Positions 28,499 through 38,458 of a stretch of 64,000 nt of DNA are shown in pieces. Position 1 is the stretch's first letter. Each line of letters begins with the position of its first letter. Source of the stretch: Myxococcota bacterium (GTDB taxonomy: Bacteria > Myxococcota_A > Polyangia > Nannocystales > Nannocystaceae); NCBI GenBank assembly GCA_039028615.1, contig JBCCHT010000021.1, positions 96,001-160,000 of the forward strand, read 5' to 3'. A program made the position numbers and the translations under genes. Under the pieces are notes generated by a model. That model ran no database searches. It had not been told where the DNA came from and saw only the letters and a program-made list of their open reading frames with translations.

Positions 28499-29125
28499 AT
28501 GACGTCGGACGAGCGCACGGACGTGGAGAAGGCGGTGCGCGAACACGCCCAGGCGGGCCGGTACGACCTGGCCATCACCGCCGCGTTGGAGCAGTACGGC
28601 TCCGAGGTGCTGGGATACCTGCATGCGGTGCAGGCGAGTCCGGCCGATGCGGACGAGACGTTCTCCGAGGTCTGCGAGCGGATGTGGCGGGCGCTGCCGG
28701 CCTTCGAGTGGAAGTGCTCGTTCCGCACCTGGATGTATGTGATCGCTCGCAACGTCGCGCGCAACCGTATTCGTTCGCGCACCCGCAACCGAGCCCGGGA
28801 GGTTCCTCTGTCCGACGTGTCGGAGGTGGCACGCCTGGCCCAGAAAATCCGCACCGAGACGGCGGCCCACCTCAAGACGGAGTCTCGCAATCGCCTGCGA
28901 GAGGTCCGCGACTCGCTCGAGCCCGACGACCGCACCCTGCTCGTGCTGCGAATCGACCGCAAGCTGCCGTGGTCCGAGATCGCCATGGTCCTCGCCGACG
29001 ACGAGACGCTCGCCGGAGCGCAGCTTTCGTCCGTGGCTGCCCGGCTCCGCAAGCGATTCGAGCGCTTGAAGGCCAAGGTCATCTCGGAGCTTCGTGAGCC
29101 ACAATCTCCGGGCATGACGAGGTAG
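28499..29125 (+). CDS. ECF-type RNA polymerase sigma-70 factor
   Basis: Region 2 'ADETFSEVC..MWRALPAF...SFRTWMYVIARN'; region 4 'LEPDDRTLLVLR...LPWSEIA'; divergent from kinase. Confidence 0.9.
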   Translation: MTSDERTDVEKAVREHAQAGRYDLAITAALEQYGSEVLGYLHAVQASPADADETFSEVCERMWRALPAFEWKCSFRTWMYVIARNVARNRIRSRTRNRAREVPLSDVSEVARLAQKIRTETAAHLKTESRNRLREVRDSLEPDDRTLLVLRIDRKLPWSEIAMVLADDETLAGAQLSSVAARLRKRFERLKAKVISELREPQSPGMTR

Positions 29126-29148
29126 ACCCCGCTCGACGAGGTTGTGAC
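29124..29148 (-). promoter_or_regulatory. Second copy of GTCACAACC-N8-CGGGGTCT, pointing antisense into the sigma gene toward the kinase
   Basis: Minus strand TGTCACAACCTCGTCGAGCGGGGTCT overlapping the sigma stop codon. Confidence 0.55.
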
Positions 29149-29332
29149 ATACGAAATTTCAGGGCCTTTGTTCCAACTCCCTGAGCACCGCCTGTTGGGG
29201 CTGCGTAGTTGCCGCAGTCTGGGGAGGACGCTGGCCGAGGGCTGCGGCGTCGGCCTCGAGTCGTGCGAGAGCTTTGGTGATTGATCCGCCCGGCCTGCCG
29301 CCGCGGTGAGGCGGCAGGCGAACATCGAACCG

Positions 29333-30073
29333 CTAGAGGACGGCGGTGTCGAGGATTTCCATGTTGAACAGGGTCTGGATGTTGTGGTTGCACAGGCCGC
29401 CCGCGCCCGCGACCGAACCCGTGCTGTGGACGCACAGGTCTTGCTTGTAGTTGACCAAGGAGCGGCTGACCCTGCGATACACGGTGCCGCTCTGCCCGTA
29501 CCAGTCGCCCCAGTTCCATCCCGCCGCATCGCCGATGCCAGTGATGTTGCCGCACGACATGACCCCGAGGTTGTTCATCTTGAGGTAGGTGTCGGTAAAC
29601 TCGCCGTCGACCAGCTCGAACTGCATCTCGTCGTCTCCATCCCCGTCGAGGTCGACCAGGTGGACCCGCCACAGACGCCCATCGGTGTTGCTCGGAGCCT
29701 TGTTGGCCTGGATGGCGCCGCTGTCGTCGCATCCCAGGTAGCCCTGACCCAGGCTGCGAAGCATCACGACGTCGCCATCGACGAGCGTGTCGGTCTGCAG
29801 CACGCTACGCCCCGAGTAGGTCGCGATCGATGCTGCACTCGGGTCGTCTGCACTCGCGAGGACCTGCACGGTCTGGTGGTCCCGCGCGGTGCCGGTTGCG
29901 TCTTCGTCTTCGGCATCGATGGCGTCCTTCAGCTCGATGTCGAGGTCTTCCGCGGTGAGCTCCGCGGTGCCTGCGTCGAGTTCGGAGCCCTGGTCGCAGC
30001 CGGCTACTGTCGCCATACCGGCCACGAGGAGCGCGAGGGAGCATCGGAGGGAGGAGTGGGACTGCGTCTGCAT
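29333..30073 (-). CDS. Lipoprotein with probable beta-trefoil (fascin/ricin-like) domain
   Basis: VAGC lipobox; 'VMLRSLGQGYL...LWRV' trefoil-like repeats; DLDGDGDDE Ca-loop-like motif. Confidence 0.6.
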   Translation of the reverse strand: MQTQSHSSLRCSLALLVAGMATVAGCDQGSELDAGTAELTAEDLDIELKDAIDAEDEDATGTARDHQTVQVLASADDPSAASIATYSGRSVLQTDTLVDGDVVMLRSLGQGYLGCDDSGAIQANKAPSNTDGRLWRVHLVDLDGDGDDEMQFELVDGEFTDTYLKMNNLGVMSCGNITGIGDAAGWNWGDWYGQSGTVYRRVSRSLVNYKQDLCVHSTGSVAGAGGLCNHNIQTLFNMEILDTAVL

Positions 30074-30196
30074 CGACCAGGCAGTACCCACCGCCAGGGC
30101 GTCCATTCGCACGGGCTCGACGTTGTCTGGATTTTTTCGTGGGCGAACCGGAGGCGCAATCACGCGCAATGGGCCTACGGTTTTCCCCTCGATGGC

Positions 30197-31018
30197 TCAC
30201 GAAAGCGGAGAGGAGCCAGGCAGCGCCAGCTCGGCGCGGAGCCATGGCTGCCAGTCTTCGGGGACGGCCGGTTGGGTCGCGAGGTAGGCGCGCGACGTGG
30301 GCCGGTCGTCGAAGGTGGACATGAGCCACAGGCGAAAGGCATCGGCGTAGCCCATGTCGTCGTCGTAGCTGTCTTCGAACGACGAGTGCGGTACGTCGAG
30401 CGCCCACGGTGCTGGCGGCCAGCCGACGGCGAGGAACTGCGCCATGGCGTCGAGTCCTGCGTCGAGCGACGGGGAGGGAGCGCCTCCGTTCGCGACGAGC
30501 TCGGCGAACTTTGCCCACGGGGCCGGGATGCCGCTGGTCGGAGGAGAGGGCGGGTTGGCGCGTTGCCGTGCTCGGCTGAAGAACGCGAGCTCGCGGGTCC
30601 AGTATCGCATCGCCTCGGTCGGCGTCTCGACCCATGTCCATGGCCAGCGCGGCTCGGTCTGTTGGGCGAGGTAGGTGGTCAGCGCCGCATCGGCTGCGAT
30701 GAGACCTTCCTGTTCGAGTCGATCGAGGGTGGACTGTGGGATGCGGCCGTCGTCGTCCCCGTCTTCACCGAGGACCTTCAGCACCCAGTTCGCCCACGTG
30801 TGGGGGGCAGGCGGGTGTCGCCGCAGGTAGCGACGCCGTGCCTCCGCAGCGGGGCCGAGCTGCTCGAGGAACAAGGACACGTATCCGAGCCAGTCCTCGC
30901 CGCTGCCCATGCGCCAGCCGAGGGTGTAGCGCTCGAAGGTCGGGTACTTCGCCCACGGCGGCGTGATGTCACCGTGCTCGTCACGCTTGTCGTCGATGTG
31001 GTCCTCGTACCAGCCCAT
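30197..31018 (-). CDS. Hypothetical Trp/Pro-rich protein
   Basis: GC3-biased ORF; N-terminal 'PPW..P......GWRMGSGEDW' and a degenerate second copy 'PAPW...DDDMGYAD'. Confidence 0.7.
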   Translation of the reverse strand: MGWYEDHIDDKRDEHGDITPPWAKYPTFERYTLGWRMGSGEDWLGYVSLFLEQLGPAAEARRRYLRRHPPAPHTWANWVLKVLGEDGDDDGRIPQSTLDRLEQEGLIAADAALTTYLAQQTEPRWPWTWVETPTEAMRYWTRELAFFSRARQRANPPSPPTSGIPAPWAKFAELVANGGAPSPSLDAGLDAMAQFLAVGWPPAPWALDVPHSSFEDSYDDDMGYADAFRLWLMSTFDDRPTSRAYLATQPAVPEDWQPWLRAELALPGSSPLS

Positions 31019-31081
31019 ACCGCAGGCGTAACCCGCCCGCGATGCACCGCGCAATCGGTCGGGCGTACCGACCCGGGTCTC

Positions 31082-32245
31082 TCACGGGGCGCCGAGGAGG
31101 CGCGAGACCCCGGAGAGCTCGGGCGGGATCGCGATTCCGTGGTGCTCGAACACGGTGGGGACGGTGTCCAGGTTGCGGGTCGCCCCCGGCAGCGGCTCGG
31201 GCAGCATGTCGCCTCCCGAGGGCAGAGAGCCCGGGTTGACCGAGCGCCCGACGACCACGAAGGGAATCGAGAGCCGGTCGATGTCCTGCGGCCCGTGGCC
31301 GTTGTTCAGCCCGCCGTGGTCGGAGGTGATGATGATGAGCCAGCTCTCCTCGTCGAAGGTAGGACGCTCCCGAATGGCCGTGAACACGCGGCCGAGCTGC
31401 TCGTCCACGACCGCCACCGAGTCGAAGTAGGCCTCCGTGCTCCAGCCCGACCCGTGGCCGACGGCATCGATCTCGTCGAAGAACAGGAACAATGCGTCGG
31501 GGTCGGTGCCCAGGGTCCAGCTCGTGCCCATGTTGTGATCGTCGCCGGACTCGTCCGTCTCGCGGTGATCTTCGTAGGTCTGGGCCACGATGGCGGCCAT
31601 GTTGTCGGCGTTGCCATCGTCGGTGAAGTCGAGCTTGTAGTCGGGGAACGCGTCGATCTCCCGGTCCCGGGGATAGGTGAACAGCTTGGCCGTGTTGTAG
31701 CTCGGGTCGATCGCCTCCATCACCGTCAGGTAGTGGGGGAAGTTCTCGAGGTCTCCGTTGGGATAGTCTTGGTTGCCCTCGACGCCGGACTGAGTCGCGG
31801 TAGCTCCGGTCATGATCGCGTGGTGATTGGGTGCCGAGTCGGTGACCGCATCGGTCAAGCACCACGCGTCCCATGCGGCAGCGCCCTGGTAGCCGGGAGC
31901 CCAGGTGCCGCCGAGCAGCGCGTCGATGTTGGGCGTGTTCGACATCGGGATTCCGTCGCCGCGAAGGCCATCGAGCGCGATCACGAGGCTCTTGGGCACC
32001 AGCGCGGGCTGGCCCGGTCCCGTGGAGTCGCTTTGCTCGTCTCCCGTGCTCTCGGTGCCACCGTCGGTGGCCGCCGAGGTTGCTACCGCGGTGGTCGGGT
32101 TCTCGGGCGTCTCGCCGTCCGCGGCGCTCGATGAGCCCGGCTCGGTCGTGGCGTTGGTCGTCGTGGTGGAGCTGGCCGGGTCCTGAGCGTTGCAACTCAG
32201 CGCCAGTGACAGAAATGCGAACCAGTACTGCGAACGAACAACCAC
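31082..32245 (-). CDS. Alkaline phosphatase superfamily (nucleotide pyrophosphatase/phosphodiesterase) lipoprotein
   Basis: 'VIALDGLRGD', 'TDSAPNH', 'DAVGH', 'TSDHGG' metal/nucleophile motifs; LALSC lipobox; GTG start inferred. Confidence 0.85.
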   Translation of the reverse strand: MVVRSQYWFAFLSLALSCNAQDPASSTTTTNATTEPGSSSAADGETPENPTTAVATSAATDGGTESTGDEQSDSTGPGQPALVPKSLVIALDGLRGDGIPMSNTPNIDALLGGTWAPGYQGAAAWDAWCLTDAVTDSAPNHHAIMTGATATQSGVEGNQDYPNGDLENFPHYLTVMEAIDPSYNTAKLFTYPRDREIDAFPDYKLDFTDDGNADNMAAIVAQTYEDHRETDESGDDHNMGTSWTLGTDPDALFLFFDEIDAVGHGSGWSTEAYFDSVAVVDEQLGRVFTAIRERPTFDEESWLIIITSDHGGLNNGHGPQDIDRLSIPFVVVGRSVNPGSLPSGGDMLPEPLPGATRNLDTVPTVFEHHGIAIPPELSGVSRLLGAP

Positions 32246-32638
32246 GATGCCATCCACCCTAACGGGGGCAGGGGCGAGCTTCAATGTGCGACTCACGAGC
32301 ACGATGCGTCGGGAAGTGGGCACGATCGATTCCGTCATCATCGACGATGCACTCGACCTCGAAGCATCCGGTACGCGAACGAACGTAATGATCGCGCGCG
32401 GCGAGAGAGCATGCAGATTCGGCCGATCGTAGTCGCACGCCCCCGACTGTCGACGCTGGACCGCACGTCGAGGTCGTTTCGGTCTTCGATGCCACTGCAC
32501 GAATCCGGGCCCTGCGATTTTTTCATCGAGTGTGCCGTCATTGCGCCACTGCTCGAATGGCACACGGCCTTGGAGGCCGGGTGTCCATTCACCGTGGGAC
32601 GAGCCGAACTCGTCATTGCCCTCACCACGATCGCCGCC

Positions 32639-34315
32639 ATGACCCAATTAGCCTCTCGTCGCTCGCTCTGTTTTTCCGCCGCCGTCCTCTTCGTCGGTGG
32701 CTCGCTCTCCTGTGGGGTCGCTGCATCACCCCAAGGTGGTGACGACGTTTCCAGTGCCACGGGTACTTCCAGCGCCGGTGAGGGGTTGGGGGGCGAGGGC
32801 AGCGGTGGGGGCTCGAGCGGGGCCGACTCGACGGGAGTCCCCGACGGCCCGTGGCTGCCGGGAATCGCGTCCACCCTGCACCCGGGCCTTCCGAACGGCG
32901 AGCCCGTGGCCTGCGAGTGGGATTGGTTCATCGGACACTTGTTCTTCCAGCGCAACGACGCCCAGCCCGACGCCCATTCCCCGCGCCGCATGTACTCGGC
33001 GAGCTGCGACACGGACACCAGCACGCCACGCCTTTACACCTCGCTCACGGTGGGGACGAAGGTCGACTCGGGGCTGGGTGGAGTGTCGGGCGTCGTCACC
33101 GTCAGCACCTTCGATCCTGCGACCGGTGCGGTGGTGGTGGACGAGACGCATCACTTCCCGGAATGCCGCTCGATGCACGGCATTGCGACGTCGTCCGACT
33201 GCGGCACCGTGGCCGCGCTGTGTCGAATCTCGAACACGGCGACCGGCGAAGACCACGATGCGGTCGCCACCGGGCCGGACCCGGAGTGGATGACCAACGA
33301 GAACATCTGCGGCAACGAGGACAAGATGAACGACCACATGTGGCTCTACGAGTGGCCCGACGGCGACCTGTCTCGAGACCCGGTCAAGGTCATCGTTCAC
33401 AAGTCCATCGGGTCGTGGGAGTACGGCAGCAACTACCTGCGCTACGCCGAGGCCGACGACAGCTACGGCATCGCGCTGAAGACGACCGTCGGGGAAAAGG
33501 ACGTCGGCTCGGGCTGTCACGAGGCCGACACCTTCCTCATCCTCGAGCGCGACGGCTATCAGTATGCACCCGAAAGCGAGCGTGGCTGGGTGTGGGCGTG
33601 CGCCACCGGGCACACCATGCACAACCGGCCCGCGTACGATCCCACGACGAACAAGTACGCCATGCTGTGCAGTACGGACTGGAACGACGAGGAGACCCCG
33701 GGGCTCAACGAGATCGCCTTCCGTAGGGAGGACTCGGCCAAGAGCGTGGTGCACTACGCGACCGGCGGCTCGGTCCGCATCAAGGGGGGCGCGGGGCCGC
33801 TCGTGCCTCGTGAAGGGGGCGGCTTCTTGGGGCTGCTGGTTGGCGAGCCGACCATGACCGAAGACCCCGACTACCTGAGCCCGACGCAGATCGGTCTGGT
33901 CACCCTCGATGCGACCGGGCAGCAAGAAGGCGAGATCATCTGGTATCCCAATGATGGCATCGGGTTCTATGGCTGGCCGCAGCTCGGGCCCCTGGGCGAT
34001 GGTCGCTACCTGCTCGCGTGGGGCGAGGGCTACCAAGCCGGGACCGCGGACAACAACGGAGATCGCAATGCCGCGCTCGTGCTGCCGCAGACGTTTTGGA
34101 TGATGGAGATCGACGAAGACGGCAACCCGCTCACCTCGCAGACCGAGGTCACCGAAGCGGGGTGGGGGGAGACGAACGAGATGATCCCGCTGGGCGCGGG
34201 GCGGGTCGCCTGGTCCTTCGTGCCCAATGATCGCAAGGACGTCGCGAAGGGGACCTACCCCGAGTGCAATCAAGACTTGGTGCACTACGTCTATACGTCG
34301 AGCACGCAGCCCTAG
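32639..34315 (+). CDS. Secreted/lipoprotein hypothetical, beta-rich, Cys-containing
   Basis: SLSC lipobox-like, S/G linker, long GC3-biased ORF. Confidence 0.75.
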   Translation: MTQLASRRSLCFSAAVLFVGGSLSCGVAASPQGGDDVSSATGTSSAGEGLGGEGSGGGSSGADSTGVPDGPWLPGIASTLHPGLPNGEPVACEWDWFIGHLFFQRNDAQPDAHSPRRMYSASCDTDTSTPRLYTSLTVGTKVDSGLGGVSGVVTVSTFDPATGAVVVDETHHFPECRSMHGIATSSDCGTVAALCRISNTATGEDHDAVATGPDPEWMTNENICGNEDKMNDHMWLYEWPDGDLSRDPVKVIVHKSIGSWEYGSNYLRYAEADDSYGIALKTTVGEKDVGSGCHEADTFLILERDGYQYAPESERGWVWACATGHTMHNRPAYDPTTNKYAMLCSTDWNDEETPGLNEIAFRREDSAKSVVHYATGGSVRIKGGAGPLVPREGGGFLGLLVGEPTMTEDPDYLSPTQIGLVTLDATGQQEGEIIWYPNDGIGFYGWPQLGPLGDGRYLLAWGEGYQAGTADNNGDRNAALVLPQTFWMMEIDEDGNPLTSQTEVTEAGWGETNEMIPLGAGRVAWSFVPNDRKDVAKGTYPECNQDLVHYVYTSSTQP

Positions 34316-34441
34316 CGCGCACGCAATCGTGACCGTGGCGATGTTCGCGAAGCCGCGGGCTCATCGAGGAGACGGGTGATCGCCGTTCGCGGTGAAACAC
34401 CCGTCTGTGTCGGCGGAGTGTGACAACATGGGGCCATCGCC

Positions 34442-35035
34442 ATGTCGCACTTGCTCGAGCGCTTCGACGTCGTCGTCTCCCTCGTCCACACCGACGCCCC
34501 GGGGGCTCCCGATTGGCCCGAGGACCCGTATCGCCCCGTGTCGATGAAGGGCGTCGATGGGCTGAAGAGTTTTGTGGGCAACGAGTACCTGCAGCCGAGT
34601 TCGACGCTGGTGGCTTCGGTTGCGCTCCGTGCCTTGAATACGCTGGTGGTGCCGCTGATGGCGGAGGCTTTCACCGTCCATCTGTTACCCGCGCTCTACC
34701 CGGGTGTCGGCGACTCGGGCAGCGGGCGCTATCCCGGCTTCGACAAGCTCTTCGCCGATCTCTCGCACGACCCCCTGGCGAGCTACCTCGCGGCGGACAC
34801 GAACGCGATGGAGACCATGGCCGACGCCATGCTGGGCGCCATCGCAGGCAGCGTCCCCGCCGACGCGGCCGGGACCCTGGTCATCGCCGGCCACAGCGTG
34901 CCGAACCAGGCCATGCTCTGGCGCCTCGCACCGGACTCTCTGAAGTCCGTGCTGGCCGACATGGCCGTGACCAAGGGGGACCTCGTGGCGCTGACCCCCA
35001 AGGGGGTCGAGCACCTCGATTCACTCGGCGACTAG
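34442..35035 (+). CDS. Hypothetical protein, weak resemblance to histidine-phosphatase fold
   Basis: GC3-biased ORF; 'LVIAGHS' resembles the second His motif, but no RHG motif. Confidence 0.55.
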   Translation: MSHLLERFDVVVSLVHTDAPGAPDWPEDPYRPVSMKGVDGLKSFVGNEYLQPSSTLVASVALRALNTLVVPLMAEAFTVHLLPALYPGVGDSGSGRYPGFDKLFADLSHDPLASYLAADTNAMETMADAMLGAIAGSVPADAAGTLVIAGHSVPNQAMLWRLAPDSLKSVLADMAVTKGDLVALTPKGVEHLDSLGD

Positions 35036-35059
35036 CGACACGCGCTCGCGAGTGGCCCG

Positions 35060-36241
35060 CTACTGTCCCGATGCGACGGCGAGCGCCTCGAGCACGGCGG
35101 GGATCGAAGTGACCTCGCTGTTGTTCGTGAGCACGACCGCGAGGGCACCGCTGGCGTCGTCGCGCAGGCCCCAAGAATGGAATCCCGGCACCGCGCCGAG
35201 GTGACCGGTCAGCGATTGGCCGCCGACGTCCAGCATCATCAACCCCAGGCCGTAGGCTTCGGTGACTCCAGGCTGGCCGAAGCCGAGATCCGAGGGCATG
35301 TCGTCGAGCTGGAGTGCGAGTAGCTCGTCGCCATAGAGCTCGCCGCCGAGCATGGCCCGGTAAAACTCCGCCAGATCTTCGGCCGTGGAGTAGCCCGAGC
35401 CGGCGGCCCAGCCCACCGACGGATGTGATGGCGTCACCACCCCGTAGGCACCGCCGTCTCCGAAGGCGACGGTGGGCGGGATGGCCTCGGGGTCGACGAT
35501 GAGCCCGGAGTCGTCGAGCCCGAGCGGGTCCAACACCCGAGCTTGGAGCACCTCCTCGAAGGGCTGCTGCTCGATCCCTTCCAGAATGAGCCCCAGCGCG
35601 ATGTAGTTCGTGTTGGCGTACACCGAAGGCCCCGGCCCGTCGTCGCGAACCCCTCGACCGAGGGTGATCAGCTCCTGGGGAGTCCAGGCATCACCAGTAT
35701 GCTCTTGCATGTCGGGGTGGGCGAAGTACTCGCCGAGGCCGCTCGTGTGCTGCAGCAGGTCGCGAACCGTGATGGTGGGGTCCAGGCCCGTCACCCAGGT
35801 ACTGCTGGAGTCCTCCAAAGACATCGCACCTTCGTCGACGAGCATGAGGGTGATCGCGGCGGTCCAGGTCTTGGTGTTGCTGCCGATGAGGAGTTGGTGC
35901 TCTGCGGTCATCGGCTCACCGCTGGAGGCAACTCCGGTAACCCCGAACCACGCATCGCCGTCCGGTTCGAGCACTGCGAGCTGAGCTCCGGGCGTGTCGA
36001 TGGTCTCGAGGATGGACGGGTAAGGGGACTCGTCTGGGGCCCCTCCGGACGAGCCGTCATCCGAGGAACTCGAAGCCTCGGCGCCGCTGGTGGGCATGCC
36101 GGAGACGTCGCCACCCTCGGTCCCTGATGAGCCCTCGGTGGTGCCGCCCGCCGCGTCGGGCGAGTCATCCGAGCGACATGCGGCGCTCAGGACCAGGCAG
36201 GCGGCGAGCGCGGTGGTGTGTGGACTATGGAAGATATGCAT
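35060..36241 (-). CDS. Serine hydrolase (D-Ala-D-Ala carboxypeptidase/beta-lactamase family) lipoprotein
   Basis: IGSNTK (SxxK), LLQHTSG, YANTNY (YxN), GHLG; LSAAC lipobox. Confidence 0.88.
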   Translation of the reverse strand: MHIFHSPHTTALAACLVLSAACRSDDSPDAAGGTTEGSSGTEGGDVSGMPTSGAEASSSSDDGSSGGAPDESPYPSILETIDTPGAQLAVLEPDGDAWFGVTGVASSGEPMTAEHQLLIGSNTKTWTAAITLMLVDEGAMSLEDSSSTWVTGLDPTITVRDLLQHTSGLGEYFAHPDMQEHTGDAWTPQELITLGRGVRDDGPGPSVYANTNYIALGLILEGIEQQPFEEVLQARVLDPLGLDDSGLIVDPEAIPPTVAFGDGGAYGVVTPSHPSVGWAAGSGYSTAEDLAEFYRAMLGGELYGDELLALQLDDMPSDLGFGQPGVTEAYGLGLMMLDVGGQSLTGHLGAVPGFHSWGLRDDASGALAVVLTNNSEVTSIPAVLEALAVASGQ

Positions 36242-36347
36242 GGACGGTCTTCGAACACCGCCGCGGTCGGACCGTGTCCCTGCGAATCTTCGGAAACGGT
36301 GCGAAGAATTGGGGGTTCCTCGTAATCGAGTCCACGGTTCATGGCCG

Positions 36348-36980
36348 ATGAGTGACCTCACCGATCGCCAGGCTCGATCGAGGGGCGCGAGGGTTACCAT
36401 GGGTCGTGACGCCGGAGCGAGCACGTCGATGGGCAACAAGCGCGGCGCAGTAGTTTGGCCCCTGCCATCGAAGTGGCACCACTCGGCGGTGACCGAGCTG
36501 TGCACGCTCGTGGGTGCCTCGACGCCGACGGCTGGCCTGCATCCCGGGGAGTTCGATTGTCGGTGGGGAGACATGAACTGCATTGCGCGCCGCTTGGAGT
36601 ACGGGCAGGCGCCGCTGCTCGAGTTTCGATTCTGGCAGTCGGATGTCCTCGAGAAGCTCTCCCGGGGCACCTTCTCGCTCGAAGCGGACCCGCTGTTTCC
36701 CCTGGCGTGCAGTTTTCGCGACGCATGTGAGCAGCTCGAGGTCGCCGCGGCCTTCGTGCGGGTTCGACTCGTGCAGGACGAGGCGTCGACCATCGAGCAG
36801 TTCGTGCGGGATGCCGAAGCCGGGGACATCGATGCGCTCTGCGACGAGATGCACGCCGCGGTGTTCGTTTCGGACCGACTGGGGGCCTTTCCCTTCGAGC
36901 GGCTGAGCGAACGCGAGTGCATGGACACGCCCTCCGGGATGATTCTGTTCGCTGGCCGCGATGAAGGCCGCTGGTACTGA
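36348..36980 (+). CDS. Hypothetical protein
   Basis: ORF with plausible composition filling the gap; start uncertain. Confidence 0.55.
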   Translation: MSDLTDRQARSRGARVTMGRDAGASTSMGNKRGAVVWPLPSKWHHSAVTELCTLVGASTPTAGLHPGEFDCRWGDMNCIARRLEYGQAPLLEFRFWQSDVLEKLSRGTFSLEADPLFPLACSFRDACEQLEVAAAFVRVRLVQDEASTIEQFVRDAEAGDIDALCDEMHAAVFVSDRLGAFPFERLSERECMDTPSGMILFAGRDEGRWY

Positions 36981-37061
36981 CGCCCTAGCGATGCCGCGCC
37001 GAGACCCGTGGGGCGACATGGCTGGGCCGTCGACCATGCCTCTGCGTCGAGATGAAAGCAG

Positions 37062-37100
37062 GGGAGGCCGGGGCGCGCCTGGGGCGTGAACCGGCCTCCC
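37062..37100. terminator. Inverted repeat between convergent genes
   Basis: gggaggccgg (37062-37071) / ccggcctccc (37091-37100). Confidence 0.5.
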
Positions 37101-37127
37101 TCGGCCCTTCGGGCGATTGGCGGCGGC

Positions 37128-37580
37128 CTAGCAGTGCGTCCGGATCATCATGCAGTCCTGGCCGTTCTCGTCGCACACGATCTCGATGCTGGTGCAGCCA
37201 CCGCGGTACTCGTCGGTCTCGGTGAGCGTGGACTGCATGCTCCACGCGGCCTCGTCTTCGACCTGAAGATCGAGCATGTCGATCAGCTGGGGGAACGGCA
37301 CGGGCGCGGGCATGGACGGACATATCGCGTCGAAGGCGGAGAAGTCGAAGTCCTCTTCGTCCTGGTCGAAGTGGACGACGTTGCCCTCGCGGAGGTCGAC
37401 GAGGAAGCGGGTGTCCGGGTTCTCGTGCAGTACATCGTTGATGTCGGTCGCGTCGAAGTGGATGTGACGAATGTTGCTGTCTTCCGGGGTTGAACCTTCG
37501 GACACGTCACAGGCCGATCCGAAGATGGCGAGCGAGGCAACGAGGAGAGAAGTGCTGGCTACGATGCTACGGTTGCTCAT
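37128..37580 (-). CDS. Hypothetical acidic lipoprotein
   Basis: GSAC lipobox; GGAG RBS upstream. Confidence 0.7.
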   Translation of the reverse strand: MSNRSIVASTSLLVASLAIFGSACDVSEGSTPEDSNIRHIHFDATDINDVLHENPDTRFLVDLREGNVVHFDQDEEDFDFSAFDAICPSMPAPVPFPQLIDMLDLQVEDEAAWSMQSTLTETDEYRGGCTSIEIVCDENGQDCMMIRTHC

Positions 37581-38458
37581 GTCGGGTGCTCCAGTGAGCA
37601 TGACTATGAGCGGGCGAAAGAAGTGTGGACAGTGGTCGTTCGACCGTAGTCTGCGGATTTTTTCGGTCGGGCTGTCGAACCGCTTTTCCGAGAGTGCCAC
37701 TTTCGAGGGGGCTCGAGTCGAGTGGCAGTTTTTGTGTCTCATGTCGGGCTTCGACCGAACTGATCACCGTGCCCAGTACGTTCACTCGTGTCACGACGTT
37801 CGGGCCGCCGCGGAAGAAGCACGGCATCGTCGAGCTACAATGATGTCGATGCGATTGAAGTGCGACCGGCCCTTTGGGGGCAGGGTAGAGTGTTGGGAGG
37901 CGAGGACGCCGCCCTGGGCATCGCGCAGTCCATGTGGCCCAGAACGACGCCCGTCTGGCCGCGATTCTCGGCGGGGCGTGGCCCGTTTCTTCATGGTTCG
38001 GCGTGGGAGGCCGAGTCCACTTCGTGTCCGTCGTCGCGCTCGAGGCAAACGAGCGTTGGACACGGAGTCGTTCCATCCCGTCGCGCTGGGGCGGTGTCGG
38101 TTGTTGCCGTCACGTTTAATGCGTTGAAAGTGCCTCGAGAGTCGACTCGTTACAATGGCCATTGTCGTTACTAATAGTGCCGATGACCTGTTGTCATGAT
38201 TTCGTCAATATGGAAGTAGTTATCTGCCAGCGATGCAGGTGTCGCGGCTCTCGCATGCGGTCCCTGCATGATGTCTCTGAGAGGCTGTCGCTGAGTTTTC
38301 GTGATGAGTGCCGGGAGGGCGGGCATGTGATCTGCATTGGGTTCCTGTCGTCTTTTCGACTGGAGGACCCCGATGCCAAATTGTCGCGTCGTCGATCGTC
38401 TACGCTCGATGGCGTCGGGGCGGGAGCAGCCGTCTGCCACCCGCCCCGAGGTTTGCGA

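Noticed and set aside
26067..32134. Long plus-strand ORFs (26067-28502, 811 aa; 29306-32134, 942 aa) and similar ones elsewhere (e.g. 54049-56316, 47140-48774)
   Set aside because: Antisense shadows of real GC3-biased genes; Arg/Ala/Val-rich with no motifs.
37600..38450. ORFs in the AT-richer gap, including 37934-38119 and 38171-38440
   Set aside because: No recognisable protein features or coherent frame; treated as non-coding or remnant.
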